Part shown: piece after piece, positions 45,906 through 57,700 of the stretch
Position numbering within the stretch: the stretch's first letter is position 1
Layout of the letters: each line of letters opens with the position of its first letter
IMG/VR virus record: IMGVR_UViG_3300005098_000017
Span: 64,001-128,000 of that record
Direction: 5' to 3' (one strand)
From: a virus
Length of the DNA stretch: 64,000 nucleotides
The notes under the pieces: model-generated
Seen by the model: only the letters and a program-made list of their open reading frames with translations
Database searches by the model: none
What the model was told of the DNA's origin: nothing
Position numbers and translations under genes: made by a program

Positions 45906-48900
45906 GCCCTTTCTTTTCCAGAGTGATTTAGCACGCATACGCACAGATGAGACATTGCGCAGCCGTTATGGGTGGGGTCGTACACTTTTGCGTTTTGGAG
46001 TGGCGATGGCTTCCTTTGCTGTTTTGTCTTATGGTGCGCGTTCCTTATCGCGTGCATGGCGTGCATTGGCCACATCTGGAGCATTATCACGGAAGTTTGT
46101 TGAAGGCGTTAAGGTAGTAAAGAAGTTAGGGCTTGAGCAGGGTAACTTACTTGATGTAATATTATCAGTATCTAGGCGTGCGCGTCGAGTTGCTTATAAA
46201 TATGTTAAGTGGTCGCAAGATTATAGGGATGCGTCGCGGCTTCTGCATTTTGGTAAGGCATTAAGGAAAATATGGAGCGGTGGTAAAGCATCATTAAAGG
46301 GTTTTAGGAAGGCGCGTGAGGCTTATCGACGGGTTGGATTACGAGGTGCATTGTTTGGTGCCTTTTTGCGTGGTGCAGAAAGAGGTGTTGGATTTGCGAT
46401 TTTATCTTCGGCTGCTGATGCATTAACACATTCATTTATAACACCTGCGGATAGAGAGAAGACAAGAAAGTATGGTCCTGTTGCTCGTGTGAAGCGTTTT
46501 TTCACTGATGCTGTCCTATTTAGTGGATTACAAGGACTTTGGGGTGTATCAAAAGTTGCCTTTCCTACCTATATACATAGGTATAGCCCACAAATACAGC
46601 GTTTTCTTACCCGCATTGGAGCGCCTACTTATGTGGCTAAGTTTTATGGATGGAGGCGTCGCTTCTATGATTATCTAATTCGTGCTATAGAATATAAGCA
46701 GAAGTTTACTCAGAAATTGCAAGGTGCTAATATATGGCAGCACATAAAGCAGCAGATGAAGGAGCATCCCGGGTTAGGTGCTATTGCAACCTATTTGCGG
46801 GAGCAGATAAGGGAAGCTCATCTACATGCTAAGAAATCGTTTAGGAGGCCGGGTGGATTTCCACCAAGGAGTGGTTATGATACAGTTATAACAATGATGA
46901 ATTATGCGAAAGAGGTTAATGTTAAGGATCCTAAGTTTGCAGCGGAGATTGCAGCTCAAGCTGTTGGACGTTATAAAGGTGTGAGTAAGTGGCGGCGGCT
47001 TCTTAATATCGAACGTGAAAGGTTGACCAAGAAGCAGGCTGTTGCTTTCAGGGAGATGCTTGAGAAAATGGGGTTTAGCAAGTCATGGATCGAGACATTA
47101 AAGGGGGAGGAACGCAAGTTTTATGAGAATCTGTATTACCGTGTGATGAGGGGACCATTGTTCCATGGTCCCGGATGGTTTGAAGTAGCCGGGCAAAAGT
47201 TTTCACAGTATGAGACGCGTTATTTTGTAAAAAGAATTCTCCAGAATCTATATGCTGGTCGATGGAGGGGGGTTACACGCATTTTGGCTTCTGCGGCGGG
47301 CTTAGACCTCTATGCCAACCGCAGACCTGTATTTATCTTCCATCCTACCATGGATATTCCGATGAGCGTTCCTATACCGACTGATGAGGGTGTTCGTATG
47401 CTACGCTTGGTAACCGAACGTGGTAATGATCGGGTTCGTCATGGGATTGTATTCTTACAGAATAAATTGTACAGATTATCGCCAACGGAGGAGGGTGGTG
47501 AATACTTTGTGGATAGGGTTATAGAGAATGTTAAATTATATGAGAGCCCGGCTTATAACATATTAAAGAGGGAGTTAACGCAGTATTATATCAAGCAGAG
47601 GCGGCGCACGGATGAGATAGGTTTGCGTCCACCAGGTGAATATGTTAGGGATATAATCAGGAAATTATCGCGGGGTGTTGATAAGGCTAGCTTAGAGGAA
47701 TTGGTTAATGTATATAAGTCAACCCGTTCGACGGCCCATATTATCTTTGGTAAATTGTTATCAAAGAAGGAGGTCCGTGAGGTTGCATCGCAGATCTTGG
47801 AGCAATTAGGCGCGAGTAGAGCGCAAAGGATCTTGCAGATGGATGAGGCATCATTAATCAGGGAACTTGAGAAGGTTATAGAAAAGCCTGCACAAGTAAC
47901 AGAGCGGCTTCGTAACAAGTTTATCTATCTTATAAACGCATCACGGAGTAGGATGAGGACTATGAAGGATCTTTTGAATCAGGAGTTTATAGGTTCTGGA
48001 TATGCAGAAGCACGGGCTAGGCATGTTATTGAGTCGTTCTTAATTGAGCAGCATTTGACACCAGAAATAAGGGCGAAATTCTTTAGCAGGCTTGCTGAGG
48101 AGCAGTTGATCGGGAAGTGGATAAGGAAGCCGGCTTATACACATTTCTTCAAAGCATTAGCAGAGCTAGCACCTGTTGAGATGGATGCAGAAGCTCTAAG
48201 GTCTACTATAAAGGGCGCGCTTAATGATATTGTAGTCGGTTGGAAAAAATTACCTACAGTTGATCCATTTAGGCCGATATCTGCCTTATTCCAGTATGGT
48301 GGATTGGGTATCCACAGGTTATTTGAACCTACCATAGAAGGTATACGGGTAATGGGTACTACAGTACCATTTACTGTTGTTAGAGAAGGTATGAGTCCAT
48401 TTAAACGGTATACGGTAACAAGTTTATTGTTTTCCCATCACTTACGGCGCATATGGGGATTTATGGATTATGTAAGCAAAGCTCCTCGCAAGTTTCCTAT
48501 TATCAGGCATTTATTAAGGCGATTAGACCCTAGATTGGCTGATACGGCGCATATCTTTCCATTTGAGACTAATACTACTGGTTGGACGGCTTCAGATATG
48601 ATAAAGAATTTATGGAAGCCGGCGGCTACATTATTGGCATTAGGTGTAGGATATAAGGCTGTTGATACATTCTTTGATGAAAGTGGTTTATTTGAAGGGA
48701 CTGCATTAGGAGAGGGGTTGACACCTGCTATACTGGATGCATATGCATTAGGTCGTCTTTCTTTGGCAAGAGTATTGGATATTGCAGGTGTAACTGATGC
48801 AGCGCGGTATTTAGAGGGATTAATGCCGGGGTCTATGACATGGTTACCAGGTGCACTATATGGCGTATGGAAGTTTGCACCTGCGGGGCCGGCGGCTTCC

Positions 48901-51714
48901 GCTATGGGTGCATTAATAATGGGTGCTGTTAATAAAATGTTAGCGCCATTTTTGCCTGATTTAACAAAGAGTTACGATCAGCTGAAGAGGATATATAGAG
49001 GTGAGGAGTATGTGCCTGTAAGGAGAGCAAGGTATTGGCCTTTATCTTTAACCCCTTGGGAGGGTTATGATATTGAATATTGGCGGCCTTCTCTATGGTT
49101 CATTGTAAGACAGCAGGCAAAATATACTCCTGATATAAGTGGTAGCAAGATACAATCCTTATTACAGGGTGATTGGTTATTTGGATTTAATCCATTGCGT
49201 GCATTTGATCCATATGCTAAAGAGAGGCAACATTATTTCTCTAGGCCGGCGCCTCTCACACAGTTGCCATTTTGGGATGTGCCAGTTATAGGGCCGTTTT
49301 TAGCTTTAACTGTTGGGCAGGTATTGAAACCACAGCAGATGATGCATACAGCCTTTTTGAAGGAGATGTATCCCGGTGAGTATGGTGTGCCGAAGGGTGA
49401 AGTTGTCACACCGGAGGATTTATCTAATCCTGATCAATATGTATCAGCTATGCAATCCAATCAAGCTGTTGCAATGTTAATGAATAGATATGCGGGGCGG
49501 GCTTACAGGCATGTCACAGGAGATATGCTTAATAGAGGTATAACAGAAACTCTGTATAGATCGATGGAGATGGCGGGCTTAAGAGGTTACCTAACATCGT
49601 TATTATTAGGAACACAGACACCGCTTAATTTCAGTAGGTACCTAGAAATGTATGGTGAGAACGAAGGGTTTTTATCTGAATACTGGAACATGGAACTTAA
49701 TGATGTAGCTGGTGGGTTATCTGAGATGATAAGAAGATTCCGGCCTGACAAGCGGATAAATACAGTTAACCCTATCCCCAACCTTATGGCACAATTTTTA
49801 CCCGAAGGAGAGTATGGTGGTAGCGATTTTCTACATGGTGATCCTTATACTAAAATTCCTATGGGTTTCATAAGATTGCCGGGGACTGGATATGAGGCAA
49901 CACATAATGTAATGCATACATTTCCTGCATCGTTAAGAATGTTGGGTAAGACAGTAACAGAGATAAGGGACATTATGGCCGGGTGGGAGGATATTATTGA
50001 GGAGAGAACGGAGCGGGAGCTAAATAGATTTTATGATGCTAAGAAGATTGTGCAGGGATTGCTTGAGATATCAGGACAGAATGTTGAGATGGATGTGCAG
50101 ATTTACGATCCATATAACAACATTGTTGGTACCGTTGATGCAGTTGTGAGGAGAGGGCGATTTAGGCAACCTATTATTATACGTCCTGTTAGTGAGGAGG
50201 AATTTAGGGAGCTTGTTGCCCCGAAGGAGGAGCATGCGAGTCAGGTAAATTTTGCTATGAAGTTTTTTGGTGCGAAGACGGGTAAGTTGATTTATGTGAA
50301 TGTAAGATCGCCTGAACAGATTAAGACATATACCATCTTTTTTGATCCATCAAGGTTAAGAGAGGATATAAGTGCATTAAAGAGGGCGAGGGAACAGGCT
50401 GGTGAGTTGTTAAGGGCAGGAGCTGTTTTTGATTATGGTCGTAGTTATAGCTGGTTTGATAGATATAGAATTTTAGCTGATGTTGCTCCTTTATCTGATC
50501 AATATAAGCAGGCGCGTGCTATTATATTGAAGCAATTGCAACAGGGATTTTTGCCACCTGAGTTATGGGATGAGGTGCATGAGATTGAGCGAAGGCGGCG
50601 GCTTCAGCTTTTAAAATATCCTATGTATGTGCGTCGTTTTACTGGTGAAAATGTTGTTGAAACGGTGCAGAAGCTTTTGCATCCGCCCAGGCTTTCCGGC
50701 AGGGAGTTATCGCTATCTTTGAATCCATATTTAAGGTCGCCTGATGAATACAGTTTACCAGAAAGGATCGTAGGTAGTATCTGGGAGACATTTACACATT
50801 TACCAACACCTTATAATAGGAAATTCTTTTTCCAGTACTCACCGTCAGAGATTTATAAGTATTTCCATTTATATGATCGGGAGTATAAAGCATGGACGCG
50901 GCCTATTGAGGATTGGGTTAAGCCGCAGGTTAGGACGATGCTTGCTTCACAAGGCGTAATGGAGGGCGTGGCTTCATGGGCTACAGCAGGTTATGCTGTT
51001 GGTAGGTTATACGGCGGGCTTATAGGTGCAGTGGCTGGATCCATATATGGGTTGATACCTAAGCCGCCGATGATACCGGAGGATGTGGAGAAGGCGCGCG
51101 AGGCTTATTCGTATTATGATAAATTGAAATATGCACGTAACATGCAGTTTTATGTTATGACAGGTAATAGAATATATGAGGAGCGTGCTGAGCGGACCTT
51201 ATTGGGTGCGAAGAACTTACGTGATTATGTAAGAGCATTACCACGTTTTGAGCGCCCATTTACTGTAGCGTTTATGAACATAACTGATGAGAGTGAAAGA
51301 GAAAGGATAAGGCAGATTATATCACCTGAGGCGCGTCGTGCCTTGGATGCAGCATGGGCGAGACGTGAATTGCGGTATAGTGTTGAAGAAGGTGGTTATG
51401 AAGAGGTACCGAGAACACCAGCTAATTGGGCTGGTTGGATTTTTGCGATACCTGATGAGGATATTTATGTGAAGGAGCTTGAGCAGCGGGGTGTTGATCC
51501 TCTAGATTTTGGTTATGGTTATCATGGTCAGGCAGCTGCTGTACGCCGTCTATCTGAAGATTTTGCTATACCTGATCAGACGGTAGATGTAGTCAATATT
51601 ATGGATGTACAGGAAACAATAGTCAGGTCATTGCAGGCGCAGGGTATTAGTGCTTCTGTATCCATCATGGGATTTGATAATAGTAGAAGAGTTGATGTCG
51701 TTATTTATAAATAA
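45883..51714 (+). CDS. Giant virion protein (1943 aa), tape-measure position, with TM segments and a degenerate PD-(D/E)xK domain
   Basis: Basic helical N-terminus, hydrophobic Gly/Ala segments, IVGTVDAVV...PIIIR...HASQV...GKLIYV. Confidence 0.65.
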   Translation: MTVVRRNKPFLFQSDLARIRTDETLRSRYGWGRTLLRFGVAMASFAVLSYGARSLSRAWRALATSGALSRKFVEGVKVVKKLGLEQGNLLDVILSVSRRARRVAYKYVKWSQDYRDASRLLHFGKALRKIWSGGKASLKGFRKAREAYRRVGLRGALFGAFLRGAERGVGFAILSSAADALTHSFITPADREKTRKYGPVARVKRFFTDAVLFSGLQGLWGVSKVAFPTYIHRYSPQIQRFLTRIGAPTYVAKFYGWRRRFYDYLIRAIEYKQKFTQKLQGANIWQHIKQQMKEHPGLGAIATYLREQIREAHLHAKKSFRRPGGFPPRSGYDTVITMMNYAKEVNVKDPKFAAEIAAQAVGRYKGVSKWRRLLNIERERLTKKQAVAFREMLEKMGFSKSWIETLKGEERKFYENLYYRVMRGPLFHGPGWFEVAGQKFSQYETRYFVKRILQNLYAGRWRGVTRILASAAGLDLYANRRPVFIFHPTMDIPMSVPIPTDEGVRMLRLVTERGNDRVRHGIVFLQNKLYRLSPTEEGGEYFVDRVIENVKLYESPAYNILKRELTQYYIKQRRRTDEIGLRPPGEYVRDIIRKLSRGVDKASLEELVNVYKSTRSTAHIIFGKLLSKKEVREVASQILEQLGASRAQRILQMDEASLIRELEKVIEKPAQVTERLRNKFIYLINASRSRMRTMKDLLNQEFIGSGYAEARARHVIESFLIEQHLTPEIRAKFFSRLAEEQLIGKWIRKPAYTHFFKALAELAPVEMDAEALRSTIKGALNDIVVGWKKLPTVDPFRPISALFQYGGLGIHRLFEPTIEGIRVMGTTVPFTVVREGMSPFKRYTVTSLLFSHHLRRIWGFMDYVSKAPRKFPIIRHLLRRLDPRLADTAHIFPFETNTTGWTASDMIKNLWKPAATLLALGVGYKAVDTFFDESGLFEGTALGEGLTPAILDAYALGRLSLARVLDIAGVTDAARYLEGLMPGSMTWLPGALYGVWKFAPAGPAASAMGALIMGAVNKMLAPFLPDLTKSYDQLKRIYRGEEYVPVRRARYWPLSLTPWEGYDIEYWRPSLWFIVRQQAKYTPDISGSKIQSLLQGDWLFGFNPLRAFDPYAKERQHYFSRPAPLTQLPFWDVPVIGPFLALTVGQVLKPQQMMHTAFLKEMYPGEYGVPKGEVVTPEDLSNPDQYVSAMQSNQAVAMLMNRYAGRAYRHVTGDMLNRGITETLYRSMEMAGLRGYLTSLLLGTQTPLNFSRYLEMYGENEGFLSEYWNMELNDVAGGLSEMIRRFRPDKRINTVNPIPNLMAQFLPEGEYGGSDFLHGDPYTKIPMGFIRLPGTGYEATHNVMHTFPASLRMLGKTVTEIRDIMAGWEDIIEERTERELNRFYDAKKIVQGLLEISGQNVEMDVQIYDPYNNIVGTVDAVVRRGRFRQPIIIRPVSEEEFRELVAPKEEHASQVNFAMKFFGAKTGKLIYVNVRSPEQIKTYTIFFDPSRLREDISALKRAREQAGELLRAGAVFDYGRSYSWFDRYRILADVAPLSDQYKQARAIILKQLQQGFLPPELWDEVHEIERRRRLQLLKYPMYVRRFTGENVVETVQKLLHPPRLSGRELSLSLNPYLRSPDEYSLPERIVGSIWETFTHLPTPYNRKFFFQYSPSEIYKYFHLYDREYKAWTRPIEDWVKPQVRTMLASQGVMEGVASWATAGYAVGRLYGGLIGAVAGSIYGLIPKPPMIPEDVEKAREAYSYYDKLKYARNMQFYVMTGNRIYEERAERTLLGAKNLRDYVRALPRFERPFTVAFMNITDESERERIRQIISPEARRALDAAWARRELRYSVEEGGYEEVPRTPANWAGWIFAIPDEDIYVKELEQRGVDPLDFGYGYHGQAAAVRRLSEDFAIPDQTVDVVNIMDVQETIVRSLQAQGISASVSIMGFDNSRRVDVVIYK

Positions 51715-54700
51715 TGGCAGTTATAAGGAAAAAACATACATATTTGCGTACTTTTACACGCAGGAAGGAACGGGAGAAGGGCAACCGTTTTGCGAAGTTT
51801 GGACTGGGGGTTGCTGCTCTTGTGCCTATTGTTTATTTGGTCAGGGGGCGCGGCTTCGAAAGGCTACATGATTTTCTTAAGACCTTTGCTGAGGCTTCAT
51901 ATAAGAAAGAGGCGCGGGCTTCAGAAGCATCTCTATGGGCGTATGGGCCTCTTGATAGGATAAAAAAGGCATTCATGGATAATCCATTTTTGTCAGTACT
52001 GGGTAATGTTACCAAAAAAGAGGCACAGGGGAGATCTGTAAGGGAGGTATTGAATAAGTTAAAAGATATTGTTGAGCTTCTGCGTGAATATTATTCAGTA
52101 GCTGAAATAAGAAAATTATTTAATGAGGATATTATTCCTTATGCTGATAAAGCGTCTAAGCTTATTGTTGAGGAGGAGAAGCAATTAGTATATAAGTATC
52201 AGTTAATGTTTGAGCGGGCGCTTAAGATTCTCACGAGGAAGATTAATGAAAAAGGGTGGCTTCCGCGAGACCCATTTCATTTTCGTCTCCTAAGTAAGTA
52301 TTTACCACATAGCTACAAATTTGGATTGTTTTATGGTACGATGCCGAGTTTTTCGGCGCCTCTATTTGAGATTTCTACAGCTAGTGGGCAGTTTGCACAG
52401 ATTTTCCAAAGGGAGGTAAAGAATCTATCAGAAAGTGAGGTTTTACTTGGTCAACATGTTGAGCAGGTTATAAAAGATTATGTAAAAAAGCATGTGGTTG
52501 TGAATCCTGAGTGGGAGCTTGCTGCTAGTGAGGTGTTTAAGCATCTATCAGCTGAGGAGCATTTACAGGTCCGAAATCTTGTTACAAGAATTACAGAGCA
52601 GGTAGCTAAGTGGTTGCATCGTCATGCCGGTATTGATGCAACAGATTTGCCTGATGTGCATGTTGTTATAAAGGCGCAGCGTTATTATGATGTTCCTATG
52701 CTAGTTGCTCAGCTGTCGGTTGTTGATCTGCGTGGGGTCAAAAGGAGTATAGAGATCAAGCTTGGTGTTCCCCAGAAAAGTGGATTGATGGCAGCTATAG
52801 GAAATTATCCAACAGCAAATGTCAGATTTGCTCAAGGTAACAGGGTAAGGTCGATCTTTTCCTTGAAGCTGGAGCGCTTAGGCGAGATGTTTGAGCATGC
52901 CTTGAACGATTTATACGAAGGGAAGTCAGAGGATTATGTTACCAGACGCATTCATAGAATCATTGGACGATATGATTTATATGGAACTGGGCGTAATGAT
53001 AAAGCATTCCAGTTGGTGCATTCCATTGTTGATAAGGACTTTAAGGATTATGCGGCTTATAATGCTAAAAAGAGATTTTTGAAGCGCGCCGCTGAGTTGG
53101 TGCTTGGTGTGAGAAAAGGTAAGTATCGGGTGTTTATGGATGCTGAGTGGGTTATGGCTGGTATATCGAGTACTGGGACTCAATATGCAGTGACTGAATC
53201 CCGCCGGCGCTTGATATGGAGTTTTGCCATACAAGTTTTTGATGATCTTGGTAATGAGGTTGATAAGTTGGTTGTATTTATAGATCCGAAGACGATAAGC
53301 GATGAGTTCTTCATGTCGCAGGTGCGTCGTTTTGGATTATCAAAGGCAGCTGCTGAGGAGGCATTAAAAGCGGTTAGAGGTCGTGTTGCGATGCCTGCTG
53401 GATATGTCAGAGTTGATAGTGAGATGGAGGCCAGCCGGCTTATATGCAAGAAAATAAAAGACATAATTAATAAATATGGTAAGGATGATCTACTTGTTAT
53501 GGGTAAGAACTTCTGGAGCTCAGAGGTTGCATTGTTGGAGCGGGCCTTTAAAGCTGACAGTAATATATTAAATTATATCAAAAGAAAGTTAGTTGATATA
53601 GAGGATATATATAGGTTGGTATATGGTGCTAAGGCTATTAACAGGTCATTAAGTGTTGAGGCTATTCTCGATTATGTAAAGGTATCGGATGAAGGATCGA
53701 AGCTATTGGGCCGGCTTCTTAATTATGAACCGAGGGTTGAGGTCCAAGCGTTTGCTAATTTAGTTAGGTCGCTACATTTTGGTGAGCAAGATAACAGGAT
53801 TGCATACATCCTATCAAAAATTGCGGAGAGCATGGTTAATAATGATCCTGAGTTGCGTGAGAGAGTACTAAGGATTTATGATATTGTAGCGAAGTCACAG
53901 GGAGCTGTTTTATCATTTACAACGCAGCAGGAGTTCATGCAGCGGGCTTATAATTATGTAAAGGAGCAATTGAAATCTGTTGGTGTTGGTTCGCCTAATG
54001 CTGCGCGTAAGTGGCGTTTTGAATATCCGTTTAATCCAGCTGATTGGGTTCCGCTATTTGTTCCCACCTTGGAGAAACAGAGGTATCAGTTAGGCCGCGG
54101 CTTACCTTTATCGGAGGCATCGAAAAGATTGCTTGAAACTCTTAAGAAGGAATATGCTAGGCGCGTATTAGGGTTGGGTGAGGCTGATATCAATTATCTA
54201 GGACCGGCGCTTATTTCTATGCCATTTAAGAGATTCCTAGAACAGCAGATGTTATATAATGTCCGTAGTGTATTTACGATACCTGTCTTCTCAACATTTT
54301 TCCCATTTGCTGGCGAAGGACATATGTTTATACACAGGAGACTTACTGAGCTATCGACAGTAGTGCAGGAGGTGATTAGTCAGAAAATTCCGATAAGTAG
54401 GTTGGAGAATATGGATGCTCGTATGCAGTTGTGGGCGAAGCTTTTTGAATCTGCCATGGAGGCTGTTAAGACATCTCCGAAGCTGGGTGAGTTAATTAAG
54501 AGCAAATTTAATAATGATATTGTTAAGTTTTTGAGAGCTGTAGATTTGTCGATTGTTATTGGTAGATATCGTGGATGGATAAAGGATTCTGAGCGGTTGG
54601 CTAATGTTTTAGCGCAGTTGTTTCCGGGGTTTCCTATCAAGCGTTTTGTTGGTCATGCTATTGGTAGGAATCTAAGAGGTCTTACTATAAAACAGTATAT

Positions 54701-57700
54701 GGCATTGCGCCGCGGTGTGCGTGCACCAAAAATAAATTTGGGGGATATATGGAAGGAGATATTTAGCGACAAAGCAGCTGCTCATCCGTTATACGACATG
54801 TTGAGTAATGATAATATGTTGAAACTTGGATTGATGGATGAGTCTGCTCAGGCAGGTTATGCACAATGTGCATTAATAAGGGAGATCTTTAATAGATTGG
54901 TAGAATCGGGGCTTCATCTTACCAACCCAGAGCAGTACATCAAGTATGGTACTTTCGTAATGACGGACCGGCTTCAGCTTGGTGATAAGGTTGTAAAAAT
55001 TGGTTATAATGGTAAATTGGTTTTTAATAAGGTAATTACATCTTATGATCTTACAGGTATACCTTCATTAGATTTTTCACTTACCTATGAGATAGTTTTG
55101 CCAACCCCCTTAAAGTGGGTTACATATTATCAAAAAGGTATGGGGACAGCACAGCGCTGGTCCTTAAGTCAATTTCCGTATTATCTTATAGAGCCGGCAC
55201 GTTTTATGGAGCGTGGTGAATTGGGCATCTTTATAGAGACAGAGATGACCCGGCTAAAGGAGGCATTAATTAAAAAATATGGTGTGCGGGAAGCCGCCAA
55301 TGTTATGTCAAAGATGACAAAGGACCTCAATGATTATATGAATAGAGTGGTTAATTACGCTATTAAGGAGCACGGGCTTCCCATCAAACTTACCAGTCCG
55401 TTGTTTATATTCAATCCCAAAATGATGGCAATAGAGGGCAATTATGATTTGTTTAACACATTGACAACAGAACAAAAGGGATTATTGTGGACAGTATTTT
55501 TGGAGGGTTTACCTGAGAAGGTGGGAAAGATTGGTGGATATCCAAGCTTGTTTGATTATCTTGAGGCTAAATTCAAGGAGCATGGTATTGTTGTAACTCC
55601 CCAAGAAAGGAGGATATTCAGAAGATATGTACAGAAACAATATGCGTTGTATAAGAACAAAAAGATAAGCGAAAAGGAATTTTTTGAAACAGTCTTGCTG
55701 AAGGACATAGCTGATGAGAGGATACGAAACTGGTTTAGCAGATTATATTATGGAGATGATAGGGAGCAGCTGGCGCGCTTATTCGATATATATCAGATAA
55801 AATTAGGTAAAAGGGTTGTTGAACTTATTGGTTTGGGCCGTCATAGCCCCTTTGGGTTGGGTGATACGGCTCTAACTAGTACCTACAAAAGTTTTGTTCG
55901 TATACCAATGCAGATGTATTGGGATATCCATCGCTGGCCTCATTTGGAGGGTATGGCTCAATTTATTGATGCCTTCCAAGCTCAGAATCTACCTATTTAT
56001 GAGACACTTCTTAAGATGGCTGATATGCTAAAAATGAGTCAGTCATCTATTGATGAGTTGGTGAAGGCAGGGGGTATCTATGCTGTACCGGTGCGGCGCT
56101 TCTTTGACTTTGTGCGCAAACATATGAATCTTCTTAGGTCAATAAGGGAGGATATATATGTACCAGAAAAGATATTAGAGGAGGCTCATGGTGATATGGT
56201 TCGTGCTGTCCAAATGATGCTTGATCTGGGTGTATCGTTAACGGATTTTAAGGAGAATGCTATAAAGTTTGAAGGCGCGCAGGTCCGTGCGCAGGTTGCC
56301 AAGGAGGTGCAGGATTTCCTCAGACAGATATTTGAGGAGGCGCAAGGGAAGCGCGTTGTTATCGATGTAGGCAGGGCAATGTCTGTTTCCTATAAGAACC
56401 TTGAGTCGATGATTGGTCAGAATGATGCTATTATTAGGGATCTTATAAAATATTTAGAGAGAATGGGTTACAACAAGCTGAAGTATATACCATTGGGGAC
56501 AAGGGAATTTTGGGATCTGTCATTTCACCAGATTGGTAGAGACCAAGTTATTGTTGAGCCTCAGGTTAAGAAGTTGCTGCAATTAATGGCATCGATTGCA
56601 TCAATTAAGGGTAAGGTGCAAGCAACTGGTGTGCCATCGGCGCAGGTTAAATTTGAAGAGAGAAATGTATTTTATAAGCAGTTTGTTAATTATCTTGGTT
56701 CTATAGCTAGTAGCTTTATAGGCCGGCAATCCTTATGGGCACGCACTGCTGTAACACATCTTCCTGGTGTTGAGGGTGTTGGACTTCCGTCCTTCTTGCT
56801 TTTTAATAAGTCGCGGCTTCTTGACACAGTTGTATGGGAGCCATTTACGACCTATGTTGATGCTTCTGTTATTGAGAATCTCAGAGGTATGTTGGAAGCC
56901 GCCGGCTTCTCCAAAGAATTTATCGATGCTTTTTACAAGGGTAGTCCTAATGTAGCATTTTTAGGTATGCCCGGACGTATGCCATTCCACCCCGGTATGG
57001 GATTGATAGGATTTATAAAGAGTTTAACCAAGCAGCAGAAGAAACATGTTTCATCTGTAAGCGATGCTGTTAAAATATATATGGATCCTTTATTGATAAC
57101 GAAGGTTCTATTGGGTGACTGGGATACAGATAGATTGATGGCGTTACTAACAATGACATCTCCGAAGGGTGCTGAGGATATAACAAGGATATGGAAGTGG
57201 GTCTATGGTTTATCAGATCAGGATGTTGCATTTCTTATGTCGTATGGTAAGTTTAGAGCTGGTGACAGGAAGGCTATAGGTGAATTGCAGACATTTTTTA
57301 CGTCTGTTTTTGAGAAGATGACAAAAGAGCAGAAGGAGGCATATATACAGAGCAAAGAGTTTGAGGATATGCTCCACAAAAGATTATCAGCCATTGTTGC
57401 AAGAATGAAGGAAGGATATTTGAGCTGGTTTGGTAAGTCTGAGGCAGAAGAGTTAAGCGAGCGGGTCGAGTTTTTAGTGACAGGTGATGTGACGAAGATA
57501 CCGACAACGGAGGGTAAGGTTATTTATTTACCGACTATATTAGCGCAGATGCGTGGTTATACGATGAAGATTGAAAAAATGTGGCCGTTTATACAGGAGG
57601 CTAAAGAGATTGCGAGGAAGGAAGGAATTCCATTCAAGGAGGCGTTAGCTAAGCATATGGCTGACGTTTTTGCTAATAGGGAGCTTAGGAATGTACTGGG

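Noticed and set aside
50080-50350. CRISPR-associated cas4 gene
   Set aside because: No Fe-S cysteines, no catalytic ExK, no array or other cas genes; it is a domain within a virion protein
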